The notes under the pieces: generated by a model
Database searches by the model: none
Seen by the model: only the letters and a program-made list of their open reading frames with translations
Told to the model about the DNA's origin: nothing
From: Myxococcota bacterium
GTDB taxonomy: Bacteria; Myxococcota; Myxococcia; Myxococcales; Myxococcaceae
Direction: 5' to 3'
Length of the DNA stretch: 64,000 nucleotides
NCBI GenBank assembly: GCA_049322495.1
Contig: JBMORD010000219.1
Span: 1 to 64,000 of the forward strand
Shown: piece after piece, positions 34,765 to 43,887 of the stretch
How positions within the stretch are numbered: the stretch's first letter is position 1
How the letters are laid out: each line of letters begins with the position of its first letter
Position numbers and translations under genes: made by a program

Positions 34765-36504
34765 CAGGCCCCTCCGGAACTCGCTCTGCGTGAAGAGGTA
34801 CTTGAGGAAGGGCTTGAGCTTGCGGTCGCGCGCGACGAACTCGCGGGCGAGCGCGTCGACGTACGCGGCCTCGGCGGCGGGATCGAGCTCGCGCCCCACG
34901 AAGCGCGCGTACACCTTCCGCACCGCGCAGCGATCGAACGCGCCCGACGCGAGGAGGATCTTCCCGAACCCCAGCGGGCCCATCGTGCCGTCGCCGCCCA
35001 CCCCGAGCAGCGAGTAGCTCGCGGGCATGGTGTCGAGCAGCAGCGCCTCGGTGTTGGCCATCGCCTCGGCCGCGGTGGTGGGCGTCATCACCGTGCCGGG
35101 CACGAAGGCGTTCTTCCAGCGGAACCCGGGCGAGTTGTCGGCCGCGCTGTGCGGGTAGCGCCCCGACACCCAGTCCGGCGTGATGCGCCAGCGGCCCACG
35201 CCGGGCATGAAGGGCCACGGCACGTAGTAGCTGCCGGCACCGAAGTCCCACCGCTTGAAGAAGATGGCCGCGGGGTCGAGCGAGCGGTGACAGTGCAGGC
35301 ACGTGCCGCCCGTCGCTGGATCTCCCGTGTACGGCGGGAAGCTCGCGCCCGCGGGCGGCGGGTTGAAGCTCGAGCAGGCGAACATCTCGAGGAAGCGCGC
35401 GGCGCGCACGCGCTCGCGGGGGAACGCCGAGAGCGGCCCCATCATGGTCAGCACCCCCGCCGCCGGGAGCCCGTCGGGCGGCTGCATGGTGCTCCGCGGA
35501 TCGAACGCGTACTCACGGCGCGCGAGGAGGAACGGGTTCAGGTCCTCGACGGTGAACTCGCGCCAGGCCTGCGGATCCTCCGGCGTGGGGTGGAGCGGAT
35601 CTCTCGGCGCCGCGTCTTCGCTCGCCTTCCACCAGCGGGCGGTCACGTCGGGCGCGCCCTGCTGCCGGCCCTGCCGCACGTAGAGCGCGCGCAGCCAGTT
35701 GGTGCCCACCGAGTAGTTGCCCACCACGAGATCCGACAGCGGTCGATCGTGCCACGCGAGGTGCGCGAGGAGCCGCGCCGGCTCTTCGAACGGGTGGCGG
35801 CGCTGGGCGTTGAAGAGGTCGTGGTTGCTGCCCGCGCTCAGCCCCGAGAGCGGCGCGCACCACACGAGGTTCGGCCCGCAGCCGCAGCCCGCGGGGAGGG
35901 CCGGGTCGTAGTAGCCGCCGCTGGCGAGGCCGCAGTCGCGCGTGCCGCCGTCGCCCACCGCCGCGGTGCTCGTGCCCGCCTTGCCGAGCACCGTCACCAT
36001 CGTCCCCGGCGCCCACCACGGCTCGACCTGGTTCACCTCGACGCTGGTGGAGGCGCACTGGTCGCCCGGCGAGGCGTTCTCTCCCACGGCGTAGTAGGCG
36101 CCCGCGTGCTGCGTGTTCGCCGCGCAGCGGAAGAGGTGGCCCGACATGTCGCCCTGGTACGCGTCGCCCTGCGCCCCCTTGGTGTACGCGGGCACGGCGA
36201 CCCAGTCGTGGCCGAAGCGCACCATCTGCTCGTAGAACTTCGGCGACGCGAGGAGCGCGTCGAGCTCGGTCTCGAGCATCGCGGCGCGGCCGCCGGGCGC
36301 GGCGGCGAGCAGCGCCTCGTACTTCTCGAGCGCCGGCGTCGTGCCCGTGAGCGCGAGCGTCATGCGGCGCAGCACGCGCGTGTCGGTGAGCGCGTCCTTC
36401 GGAGGCTCGGTGGAAGCGGGTGGTTTGCGGCACTGGTCCTGGGCCCCGGCGCTCCACGCGAGGAGCAACACCGGCAGCGCGAGGCTGCGTTTCAGCGTCG
36501 ACAT
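34762..36504 (-). CDS. DUF1549 (PSCyt2) / DUF1553 (PSD1)-type protein, partner of DUF1501
   Basis: The start is 'MSTLKRSLALPVLLLAWSAGA', a signal peptide. 'RVLRRMTLALTGTTPALEKYEALL...LLASPKFYEQMVRFGHDWVAV' fits the DUF1549 consensus, and 'GGTCLHCHRSLDPAAIF' fits the DUF1553 'CxxCHDHKFDP' motif. Confidence 0.65.
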   Translation of the reverse strand: MSTLKRSLALPVLLLAWSAGAQDQCRKPPASTEPPKDALTDTRVLRRMTLALTGTTPALEKYEALLAAAPGGRAAMLETELDALLASPKFYEQMVRFGHDWVAVPAYTKGAQGDAYQGDMSGHLFRCAANTQHAGAYYAVGENASPGDQCASTSVEVNQVEPWWAPGTMVTVLGKAGTSTAAVGDGGTRDCGLASGGYYDPALPAGCGCGPNLVWCAPLSGLSAGSNHDLFNAQRRHPFEEPARLLAHLAWHDRPLSDLVVGNYSVGTNWLRALYVRQGRQQGAPDVTARWWKASEDAAPRDPLHPTPEDPQAWREFTVEDLNPFLLARREYAFDPRSTMQPPDGLPAAGVLTMMGPLSAFPRERVRAARFLEMFACSSFNPPPAGASFPPYTGDPATGGTCLHCHRSLDPAAIFFKRWDFGAGSYYVPWPFMPGVGRWRITPDWVSGRYPHSAADNSPGFRWKNAFVPGTVMTPTTAAEAMANTEALLLDTMPASYSLLGVGGDGTMGPLGFGKILLASGAFDRCAVRKVYARFVGRELDPAAEAAYVDALAREFVARDRKLKPFLKYLFTQSEFRRGL

Positions 36505-36668
36505 GGCGCCGCGCGCGAATGCAATGAAGACACCACGTTTTCTCCGAGAGGTTTCCTGAGCGGTCTGCCTCCGCTGGTGCGGGGCGGCGCCCGCAGTCCG
36601 TGGAGCCGAGCCCACAGCGCGCTGACGGAACTGCCCGAGAAGCGGAACGGTATGGTCATCACACCCGT

Positions 36669-37781
36669 ATGAGCGACGCCTACCGCCCGCGTCTCGAGGA
36701 GGCCGCCGAGGCGCTCGAAGCGACCCGGCTCCGGCTGCGCGCGCTCGTGCCCGCGCTCGAGGGCTGGCGGTGGAGGCAGCGGCTGCGTGCGCTGAGCGAC
36801 GTCGCGCGCTCGGTGGTGCGCGACGACGCGCAGAGCAGGGGGCTGCTCGAGCGGGCGCTCCGGCGCGCCGAAGCGGAGCGCTGGCCGGCGGGGCCGACGC
36901 GGGCGCTCCTCGACGAGACGCGCGCGCTCCTCGATCGGCTCGAGGTGGCGCTCCACGCCCTCGGCGTCGACACGCTCGCGGCCGCGCTGGCGCAGGTGGT
37001 GGGCGTGCCGCGCGCGGTGCCGGCCGCCGAGCGCGACGCCGCGGCGGCGGAGGTGCTCGAGGCGGGCGACGAGGTGGTGCTGACGCTGACCCGCTTCGGC
37101 GCGCTGCTCGAGCGCGTCTTCTCCCGGCCGCTCGCGCGTGAGCTCCCGCTCCCCTTCACGCTCGCGGAGCTCGACGAGGTGCTGGCGGCGCAGCCCGACG
37201 GCACGCGCGCGCTCGACGAGGCGTGGGCCCGGGTCGCGGCCGTCGACACCACGGGCGGCGTGGAGCGGGAGCTGCGCCGCCGCGCGCTGCAGCTCCCGAA
37301 GCGGGGGCGCGGCCCGGCCGGTCCCCGCGCGCTGGTGCACGCGCAGTTCTGGTGGAGCCGCGCCGACGCGGTGCGCGAGCAGCTCGTCGAGGAGCGCTTC
37401 GCGCCGGTGCGCGTGGCGGCCGGCGAGCGTGCGCCGTGCGTGCGCTTCCTGCTGCAGCGTGAGCGCGAGGGCGGTGCGCGGCTCGAGCTCGCCGACGTCG
37501 CGCGTGCGGCGCTCCTCTCGCTCGCGCACGAGCTCGGTGGGGTGCCGGCGGCTCGACCGCCGCTCGCCGGCGGAGCGGCACGGCTGCGCCGCTGGGCGCG
37601 GGAGGCGGACGCGCTCGAGGGTGACGACGACTGGCGACGGCTCCGCGAGGCGCTGCGGCACCGGGCGCGCGCCCCGGCGGGGCCGGTGGTGCCGCCGCTC
37701 TACCGGGTCGCCTCGCCACGGCCGCCTGCGCGCCTGCCCGAGCGGCTCGCGGACTTCTTTGCCGACGGCGCGACGAAGTGA
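36669..37781 (+). CDS. Hypothetical protein (Ala/Leu/Arg/Glu-rich, helical)
   Basis: The composition is natural for this genome. The overlapping minus-strand ORF 36492-38375 has antisense-type Arg/Gly/His-rich composition and is judged spurious. Confidence 0.45.
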   Translation: MSDAYRPRLEEAAEALEATRLRLRALVPALEGWRWRQRLRALSDVARSVVRDDAQSRGLLERALRRAEAERWPAGPTRALLDETRALLDRLEVALHALGVDTLAAALAQVVGVPRAVPAAERDAAAAEVLEAGDEVVLTLTRFGALLERVFSRPLARELPLPFTLAELDEVLAAQPDGTRALDEAWARVAAVDTTGGVERELRRRALQLPKRGRGPAGPRALVHAQFWWSRADAVREQLVEERFAPVRVAAGERAPCVRFLLQREREGGARLELADVARAALLSLAHELGGVPAARPPLAGGAARLRRWAREADALEGDDDWRRLREALRHRARAPAGPVVPPLYRVASPRPPARLPERLADFFADGATK

Positions 37782-37793
37782 GAAGAGTCGCGC

Positions 37794-38366
37794 ATGTCGC
37801 GGTCGCTCGCCCTGTCGCTCGTGGTGCTCTCTTCCGTCGCGCTCGCCGGCCCGAAGGCCAGGGCGAAGAAGGCCCCTCCCGCCCCGCCGCCGCCGGTGAC
37901 GGCGCCGATGCCGAAGGTGGTCGAGGAGGTCGGCTCGCCCATCGAGCTCCTCGCGTCGGCGACGCGCGTGCAGGCGTTCCGCGTCGGTGACTCCGGCGGG
38001 CTGCGCCCCGACCCCGCGCGCGCCATCGCCGACGAGTTCGTTCGCGGCGCGCCCGGCAAGGAGCTCGACGCCCCGACGCTCGCCGAGCTCCGCAGCGTGC
38101 TCTACGACGAGAAGAGCTACCGCTTCGACCAGGACACCTCGAAGTGCCGCTTCGCGCCGCACCTCTCGTTCCAGGTGCAGTCGGGCATCGACACGCTCGA
38201 GGCCCTGGTGAGCTTCTCGTGCAACCAGGTGCTCTTCGTGGTCGGCAAGCCCGGCGGGCGCTGGGTGCCCAAGGGCACGTTCGACCTCAAGCCCGCGCGC
38301 AAGAAGCTCGTCGAGCTGGCGAAGGCGGTGCTCCCGCAGGACGCCCCGACGCAGAACCTCAAGTGA
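37794..38366 (+). CDS. Secreted hypothetical protein
   Basis: A signal peptide 'MSRSLALSLVVLSSVALAGP' and a Pro-rich linker are present, and two Cys occur in the C-terminal domain. Confidence 0.5.
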   Translation: MSRSLALSLVVLSSVALAGPKARAKKAPPAPPPPVTAPMPKVVEEVGSPIELLASATRVQAFRVGDSGGLRPDPARAIADEFVRGAPGKELDAPTLAELRSVLYDEKSYRFDQDTSKCRFAPHLSFQVQSGIDTLEALVSFSCNQVLFVVGKPGGRWVPKGTFDLKPARKKLVELAKAVLPQDAPTQNLK

Positions 38367-38433
38367 GGAAAACACGACCGCCGACCGGAAGGCTCACGGT
38401 CGGCGGCGCGGTGCTGCGAGGCGGGGCTGTCGG

Positions 38434-38958
38434 TCAGAGCTCGCGGCTCATCAGCAGGCGGAGCTTCCCGCTCTTCTTCGAGACCACGGTCGCCACGGTG
38501 GTGAAGCCGACCTTCCGGTAGAACGAGACGGCGGGGCCGTTCGCCGGGTCGACGCGCAGCGCGAGCGTCTTGCGGTTCATGTCGCGCGCCATCGCCAGAC
38601 CCTGGTCGAGCAGCACGTGACCCAGGCCCTTCTGGCGGTACTCCTGCTTCACCACGATGTTGCGGAGGTACGCCGCGCCCGGCACCGGGCCGTCGCGCTC
38701 GATGGTGACGTAGCCGACCAGCGCGCCGTTGAGCTTGCCGACCGAGATGAACGGGCGGAGCTTGGTGAGCGCCTCGAGGCTCTCGGCCTGGGTCTCGCCG
38801 CGCGACTTCCACGGATCGCTGCCCGAGCGGAGCTGCGCGAGCAGGTTCATGTCTTCGTCGGTCGGCGGACCGAACTTCACCTGCTTCCAGTCGGTGGGCA
38901 GGGCCATCGGGGGATTCACGGGCGTCCCAGCGGTCCCGTCCAGCTGCTTTTCAGTCAT
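38434..38958 (-). CDS. GNAT-family N-acetyltransferase
   Basis: 'LRNIVVKQEYRQKGLGHVLLDQGLAMAR' is the acetyl-CoA-binding motif A. Confidence 0.8.
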   Translation of the reverse strand: MTEKQLDGTAGTPVNPPMALPTDWKQVKFGPPTDEDMNLLAQLRSGSDPWKSRGETQAESLEALTKLRPFISVGKLNGALVGYVTIERDGPVPGAAYLRNIVVKQEYRQKGLGHVLLDQGLAMARDMNRKTLALRVDPANGPAVSFYRKVGFTTVATVVSKKSGKLRLLMSREL

Positions 38959-39134
38959 CGCCTCTCCTCGCTTGTACTTCGGCTCGGCCTCGCTTGATCC
39001 TAACCATCATCTTCAACGGTCTGCACGAGTAGACATTTCGATAGCTGACCGTGTGCCCCTTCAGCCCACCTTCACGGGGCGGGTGCGGTTTTGGTTCTTG
39101 GTCCGACGGGGGGTTGGCCCCACAATCCGCCGAC

Positions 39135-39842
39135 GTGCAACTGAATCACGCGCAGCGCGAGCTCACCGTCAAGATCGTCTATTACGGCCCCGGTCTGTCG
39201 GGGAAGACGACCAACCTCCAGATGATCCATCAGCGGACGAGCCCCGAGGTGCGCGGGCGGCTGCTGACGGTCGAGACCCACGACGATCGCACGCTGTTCT
39301 TCGATCTGCTCCCGGTCTTCTTCAGCACCGCCAACGGCTTCAAGGTGAAGGTGAAGCTCTTCACCGTGCCCGGCCAGGTGATCCACAACGCGACGCGCCG
39401 CATCGTGCTGCAGGGGGCCGACGCGGTGGCCTTCATCGCCGACAGCCGCCGCTCGGCGGGGCCGGAGAACAACGCGTACTGGAAGAACCTCGTCGAGAAC
39501 ATGAAGGAGAACAACCTCGACCCGGCGCAGGTTCCGATCGTCATCCAGTACAACAAGCGCGATCTGCCCGACACCAAGACCGACGCGGAGATCGAAGAGA
39601 CGCGCAAGAAGGGCCGCGAGCCGGTGGTGGGGGCGATCGCCATTCGCGGGGTGGGCGTGCTCGAGACGCTCTACACGGTGCTCCAGTCCGCGTACCGCAG
39701 CCTCGAGGCGCGCGCGCACCTCTCGAAGACCATCGGGCTCACCGAGAAGGAGTTCCTCACCCAGGTCTTCGCCAACATCGAGGTCACCGGCACGGAGCTG
39801 GAGAAGGTGCTCCCGCCGCGCGCTCCGGGGGCTCGCCAGTGA
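39135..39842 (+). CDS. MglA-family Ras-like GTPase (a paralogue with a ~45-aa C-terminal extension)
   Basis: From the GTG start at 39135, 'QLNHAQRELTVKIVYYGPGLSGKTTNLQ' carries the P-loop, 'DDRTLFFDLLP' is switch I, 'LFTVPGQV' is the MglA-type G3 motif, and 'IQYNKRDL' is G4. Together these match Myxococcus MglA closely. An alternative upstream GTG at 39051 cannot be excluded. Confidence 0.85.
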   Translation: MQLNHAQRELTVKIVYYGPGLSGKTTNLQMIHQRTSPEVRGRLLTVETHDDRTLFFDLLPVFFSTANGFKVKVKLFTVPGQVIHNATRRIVLQGADAVAFIADSRRSAGPENNAYWKNLVENMKENNLDPAQVPIVIQYNKRDLPDTKTDAEIEETRKKGREPVVGAIAIRGVGVLETLYTVLQSAYRSLEARAHLSKTIGLTEKEFLTQVFANIEVTGTELEKVLPPRAPGARQ

Positions 39843-41314
39843 GACAGGGCGAGTCGGTCCTCCAGCGACGCGTCTCGCTCGGCGAGATGCTCGACACGGA
39901 GTCCTTCACCGAGGTGGTGAAGGGCTTCGTCGAGCTCTACCGGGTCGGCATCAAGGTCTTCGACGACAAGGGCGGCAAGCTCGCCGACATCAAGATCGGC
40001 AACGGCGACTTCTGCGGCTACGTCTTCAGCTTCCCCGAGGGGCGCCGGCGCTGCACCGCCACCGTCGGCCGCGTGAAGGACGGCCCGCTCGCGTGCTCGC
40101 ACGGCGCGCGGCTGCCGGTGCTCGAGCCGGATCTCCAGCCCCAGGCGAAGGGCCTGCTCACCGTGCCGTGCTTCACCGGGCTGCGGTACCTCGTGGTGCC
40201 GGTGCTGTGGGAAGGCGACACCCTCGGCCGCGTGGTGTTCGGCCCGTTCTACCCGGAGGACCTCAAGGACTTCCCGCCGAAGTCGCTCACCGAGATCTCC
40301 GACGCGTTCAACGTGGCCAACGCGCGCCCGTTCCTCGACAAGGTGCGCCGCGCGCCCGAGAGCACCATCGCGCGGGTGATGCTGCACTTCGGGCAGCTGC
40401 TGCAGACGATGATCTTCGGCGGTCAGAAGATGTTCCTGACCTCCCAGCTCCACATCGAGGCGACGCTCGAGTCGAACCGCGAGCTCGAGGAGCGGAACAA
40501 GAAGCTCGAGGAGGCCAACACCCGCCTCAAGGAGCTCGACCGCCTCAAGAGCGCCTTCCTCGCCACCGTCAGCCACGAGCTGCGCACGCCGCTGACCAGC
40601 ATCATCGGCTACTCCGAGATGCTCGCCGAGGGCCTCGCCGGCCCGCTCAACGGCGAGCAGATCGACTACGTGCGCACCATCATGGAGAAGGGCGAGACGC
40701 TGCTGAAGCTGATCAGCAGCATCCTCGACATCTCGCAGATCGAAGCGGGCAAGGTGCGCCTCAACTTCGAGCCGATGGACGCGCTGGAGCTGATCAACGG
40801 CTCGCTCACCTCGCTCAAGCCGCAGATGCAGAAGAAGGGCGTGGCGCTCGAGGCGAAGCTGCCGGGCAAGATGCCGCCGGTGACCGGAGATCGCGATCGG
40901 CTCCGGCAGGTGATCGTCAACCTGCTCACCAACGCGGTGAAGTTCACGCCCAGGGGCGGCCGGGTGGCGGTGACGCTCACCGAGGTGCAGCACCAGCCCG
41001 ACCTCAACGCGCCCGGCTACCGGATCATCGTCGAGGACTCGGGCGTGGGCATCCCGGCTGATCAGTTCGACAAGATCTTCAACAGCTTCTACCAGGTCGA
41101 CTCGTCGTCGACGCGCGAGTACGGCGGCGCGGGCCTCGGGCTGGCCATCGTGAAGAGCTTCGTCGAGGGCCACGGCGGCGTGGTGCGCGTGGCGTCGGAG
41201 CTCGGCCACGGCAGCCGCTTCACGCTGGTGCTCCCGGTGACGCCGGGCGCGCAGCAGCAGGTGCTCATCACGCCGCCCGTGACCTCGGTGGGGCCGGCCG
41301 ACGATCGGTTCTGA
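39839..41314 (+). CDS. Sensor histidine kinase with an N-terminal PocR-like sensory domain
   Basis: A GTG start overlaps the stop of the MglA-like gene (GTGA). PocR-like region: 'CGYVFSFPEGRRRCTATVG...LTVPCFTGLRYLVVPVLWEGDTLGRVVFGPF'. H-box: 'LATVSHELRTPLTSIIGYSEML'. N-box: 'QVIVNLLTNAVKFT'. G-boxes: 'DSGVGIP' and 'GGAGLGLAIVK'. Confidence 0.85.
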   Translation: MRQGESVLQRRVSLGEMLDTESFTEVVKGFVELYRVGIKVFDDKGGKLADIKIGNGDFCGYVFSFPEGRRRCTATVGRVKDGPLACSHGARLPVLEPDLQPQAKGLLTVPCFTGLRYLVVPVLWEGDTLGRVVFGPFYPEDLKDFPPKSLTEISDAFNVANARPFLDKVRRAPESTIARVMLHFGQLLQTMIFGGQKMFLTSQLHIEATLESNRELEERNKKLEEANTRLKELDRLKSAFLATVSHELRTPLTSIIGYSEMLAEGLAGPLNGEQIDYVRTIMEKGETLLKLISSILDISQIEAGKVRLNFEPMDALELINGSLTSLKPQMQKKGVALEAKLPGKMPPVTGDRDRLRQVIVNLLTNAVKFTPRGGRVAVTLTEVQHQPDLNAPGYRIIVEDSGVGIPADQFDKIFNSFYQVDSSSTREYGGAGLGLAIVKSFVEGHGGVVRVASELGHGSRFTLVLPVTPGAQQQVLITPPVTSVGPADDRF

Positions 41315-41318
41315 CGCC

Positions 41319-42212
41319 ATGGCCGACCTTCCGCGCTTCCTCCCGCGTCGAGAGCTCGGTCGCACCGGCTTCCGGGTGACCCGGGTGGGCATCGGAGATC
41401 TCGCCGACCGCGGCCTCGGCCTCGAGGCGTGCGTGGCCACGCTGCGTCGCGCGCTCGACGCCGGGCTGAACCTCGTCGACACCGCGCCGGCCTACGAGCA
41501 GGGCTTCTCCGAGGAGGTGGTGGGCCGCGCGCTCCACGGACGCCGCGAGGGCGTGTTCGTCATCGACAAGGTCGATCTGCTCGACCAGCCGGTGACGAAG
41601 CAGGTCGACGAGAGCCTCGCGCGGCTCGGGCTGCCGGGCGTCGACCTCTTCGCGTTCCACGACGTGAGCGACGTCGCGGTGTGGCGGCGGCTGGCGGCGA
41701 AGGGCGGAGCGTTCGACGAGCTGGGCGAGTGCGTGCGCGCGGGCAAGGCGCGCTTCCGCGGCGTCTCGAGCCATCATCCGGAGGTGCTCCGCGAGGCGCT
41801 CGCGTCGGGCCTGTGCGACGTGGTGCTGTTCCCCGTCGGGCCGTTCGTCGACGCGCGCTACGAGACGGAGATCCTCCCCGAGGCGCGGCGGCGTGGCGTC
41901 GGCACGGTGTGCTTCAAGACCTTCGGTGGCGGCATGCTGGTCGGCGACACCTCCGGCTACGGGCGGCCGCTGGAGGACCCGTCGAAGGCGCCGCTCCCGC
42001 GGCTGTCGGTGCGCGAGTGCGTGCAGTACACGCTGACGCTCGACCCCGACGTCGCGCTGCTCGGCCTGAGCACGCCCGCCGAGCAGGACGCGGCGCTCGA
42101 GGCGGCCGCGAGCGCCGAGCCGTTCGACGCGGCCACGCTCGAGTCGGTGCGCGTGCGCGCGGTGGAGGCGATGGCGCACAAGGGCCGCGCCTGGTGGAAC
42201 CCCGCGCGCTGA
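41319..42212 (+). CDS. Aldo/keto reductase
   Basis: 'LNLVDTAPAYEQGFSEEVVGRAL...VFVIDKV' is the AKR fold signature. Confidence 0.85.
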   Translation: MADLPRFLPRRELGRTGFRVTRVGIGDLADRGLGLEACVATLRRALDAGLNLVDTAPAYEQGFSEEVVGRALHGRREGVFVIDKVDLLDQPVTKQVDESLARLGLPGVDLFAFHDVSDVAVWRRLAAKGGAFDELGECVRAGKARFRGVSSHHPEVLREALASGLCDVVLFPVGPFVDARYETEILPEARRRGVGTVCFKTFGGGMLVGDTSGYGRPLEDPSKAPLPRLSVRECVQYTLTLDPDVALLGLSTPAEQDAALEAAASAEPFDAATLESVRVRAVEAMAHKGRAWWNPAR

Positions 42213-42215
42213 CCC

Positions 42216-42369
42216 ATGCGGAAGGCCGGGGACGATGCGGCCTGGAGCGCACTCAATGCGGAAGGCCGGGGACGATGCGGTCTTGACCGCATCGCGGCCT
42301 GGAGCGCACTCAATGCGGAAGGGCGGGGACGATGCGGTCTTGACCGCATCGCGGCCTGGAGCGCACTCA
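42216..42369. repeat. Three tandem copies (40, 57 and 57 bp) of a unit containing a 9-bp-stem hairpin, located 24 bp upstream of glgA
   Basis: The unit is 'atgcggaagg(c/g)cggggacgatgcgg[tcttgaccgcatcgcgg]cctggagcgcactca'. 'gatgcggtc-tt-gaccgcatc' forms a perfect hairpin, and copy 1 lacks the bracketed insert. Confidence 0.7.
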
Positions 42370-42393
42370 ATTCAGTGCTACCGTTCGCGGCAC

Positions 42394-43875
42394 ATGAAGG
42401 TTCTGTTCCTCAGCTCGGAGGTCGCGCCGTTCGCGAAGACTGGGGGGCTGGGCGACGTCGCCGCGGCGCTCCCGCGGGCGCTCCATCGACACGGCCACGA
42501 CGTGCGCGTCTTCATGCCGCTGTACGCGCGCATCGAGCAGCAGAAGTACCGCTTCCGCTCCATCGACTCGCTGCGCGGGCTCAAGGTGATGTTCGGGGCG
42601 CGCTCGTACGAGGTGAGCATCTTCGCCGCGCTGCTGCCGGGGTCGAGCAAAGCCCCTGGGGGCGACGCCGTTGGGGGGGGAATGGAGGTCTTCTTCGTCC
42701 ACTGCCCGGCGCTCTACGGCCGCCACGCCATCTACGCGCACGACGGTGACGAGCACCTGCGCTTCCTCGTGCTGCAGTACGCGGCGCTCGAGGCCGCGCA
42801 GCGCATGCGCTTCGCGCCCGACGTGGTGCACTGCAACGACTGGCAGACGGCGATGACGCCGCTGCTGCTCCGCACGCGCTTCGCGTGGGACGGCGCCATC
42901 TTCGGCAAGACGAAGACGGTGCTCACCATTCACAACCTCGGGTACCAGGGCGCCTTCCCGGCGAGCATCCTCGAGGAGACGGGGCTGGCGCGCAGCTCGC
43001 ACCTCCTGCACCAGGACCAGCTCAAGGCGGGGCGCATCAACTTCCTGCTCCACGGCATCCTGTACGCGGGCGCGGTCACCACGGTGTCGCCGACCTACGC
43101 GCGGGAGATCCGCACCGCGGAGGGCGGCGTGGGGCTCGACCCGTTCCTCCGCGCGCGCTCGTCGACGGTGTTCGGCATCTTGAACGGCGTCGACTACGAC
43201 GAGTGGAGCCCGCAGGTCGACCGCCACATCCCCGCGCACTACGGCCCGGCGGATCTCTCGGGCAAGGAGCGCTGCAAGGCGGCGCTGCTGTCCCGCGCGC
43301 ACCTCCCGTCGCTGCCGGGCGTGCCGCTGCTGGGCATCGTCTCGCGGCTCGCGGCGCAGAAGGGCTTCGACCTGCTGCCTGACGCGCTCTCGCTGGCGCT
43401 GCGCGAGGGCAAGTTCCAGCTCGTGGTGCAGGGCAGCGGCGAGAAGCGCTTCGAGCGCCTGTTCCACGAGCTGCGCGCCCGCTTCCCGCGGCAGGTGCGC
43501 TTCCAGACGCAGTTCGACAACGCGCTCGCGCACTGGATCCAGGCCGGCAGCGACTTCTTCCTCATGCCCTCGCGCTACGAGCCGTGCGGCCTCACGCAGC
43601 TCTACGCGCTCAAGTACGGCACGGTGCCCATCGTGCGGAAGACCGGCGGGCTGGCCGACACCGTGCAGCTCTGGTCGCCGCGCACCGGCACCGGCACCGG
43701 CATCGTGTTCGACGACTACGACGCGAAGGCGGTGCACTGGGCGCTCGAGGCGGCCTTCAACATCTACCGCGATCGACCCGTGTACCGGCGGCTGCAGCTC
43801 AACGGCATGTCGCAGGACTTCTCGTGGGATCACCAGGTGCAGAAGTACGAGCAGCTCTACTCGCAGCTGAAGTGA
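42394..43875 (+). CDS. glgA: Glycogen synthase (ADP-glucose type)
   Basis: 'MKVLFLSSEVAPFAKTGGLGDVAAALPRAL' is the canonical GlgA N-terminus, and 'YALKYGTVPIVRKTGGLADTV' is also present. Confidence 0.9.
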   Translation: MKVLFLSSEVAPFAKTGGLGDVAAALPRALHRHGHDVRVFMPLYARIEQQKYRFRSIDSLRGLKVMFGARSYEVSIFAALLPGSSKAPGGDAVGGGMEVFFVHCPALYGRHAIYAHDGDEHLRFLVLQYAALEAAQRMRFAPDVVHCNDWQTAMTPLLLRTRFAWDGAIFGKTKTVLTIHNLGYQGAFPASILEETGLARSSHLLHQDQLKAGRINFLLHGILYAGAVTTVSPTYAREIRTAEGGVGLDPFLRARSSTVFGILNGVDYDEWSPQVDRHIPAHYGPADLSGKERCKAALLSRAHLPSLPGVPLLGIVSRLAAQKGFDLLPDALSLALREGKFQLVVQGSGEKRFERLFHELRARFPRQVRFQTQFDNALAHWIQAGSDFFLMPSRYEPCGLTQLYALKYGTVPIVRKTGGLADTVQLWSPRTGTGTGIVFDDYDAKAVHWALEAAFNIYRDRPVYRRLQLNGMSQDFSWDHQVQKYEQLYSQLK

Positions 43876-43887
43876 GGCATTCACCGC

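Noticed and set aside
36492-38375. A 627-aa minus-strand ORF
   Set aside because: It is antisense to two well-formed plus-strand genes (36669-37781 and 37794-38366) and its composition is dominated by Arg, Gly, His and Glu.
42216-42369. A possible CRISPR array
   Set aside because: There are only three contiguous copies with no unique spacers between them, and each unit contains its own hairpin. No cas genes are nearby. It is better described as a tandem REP-like repeat.
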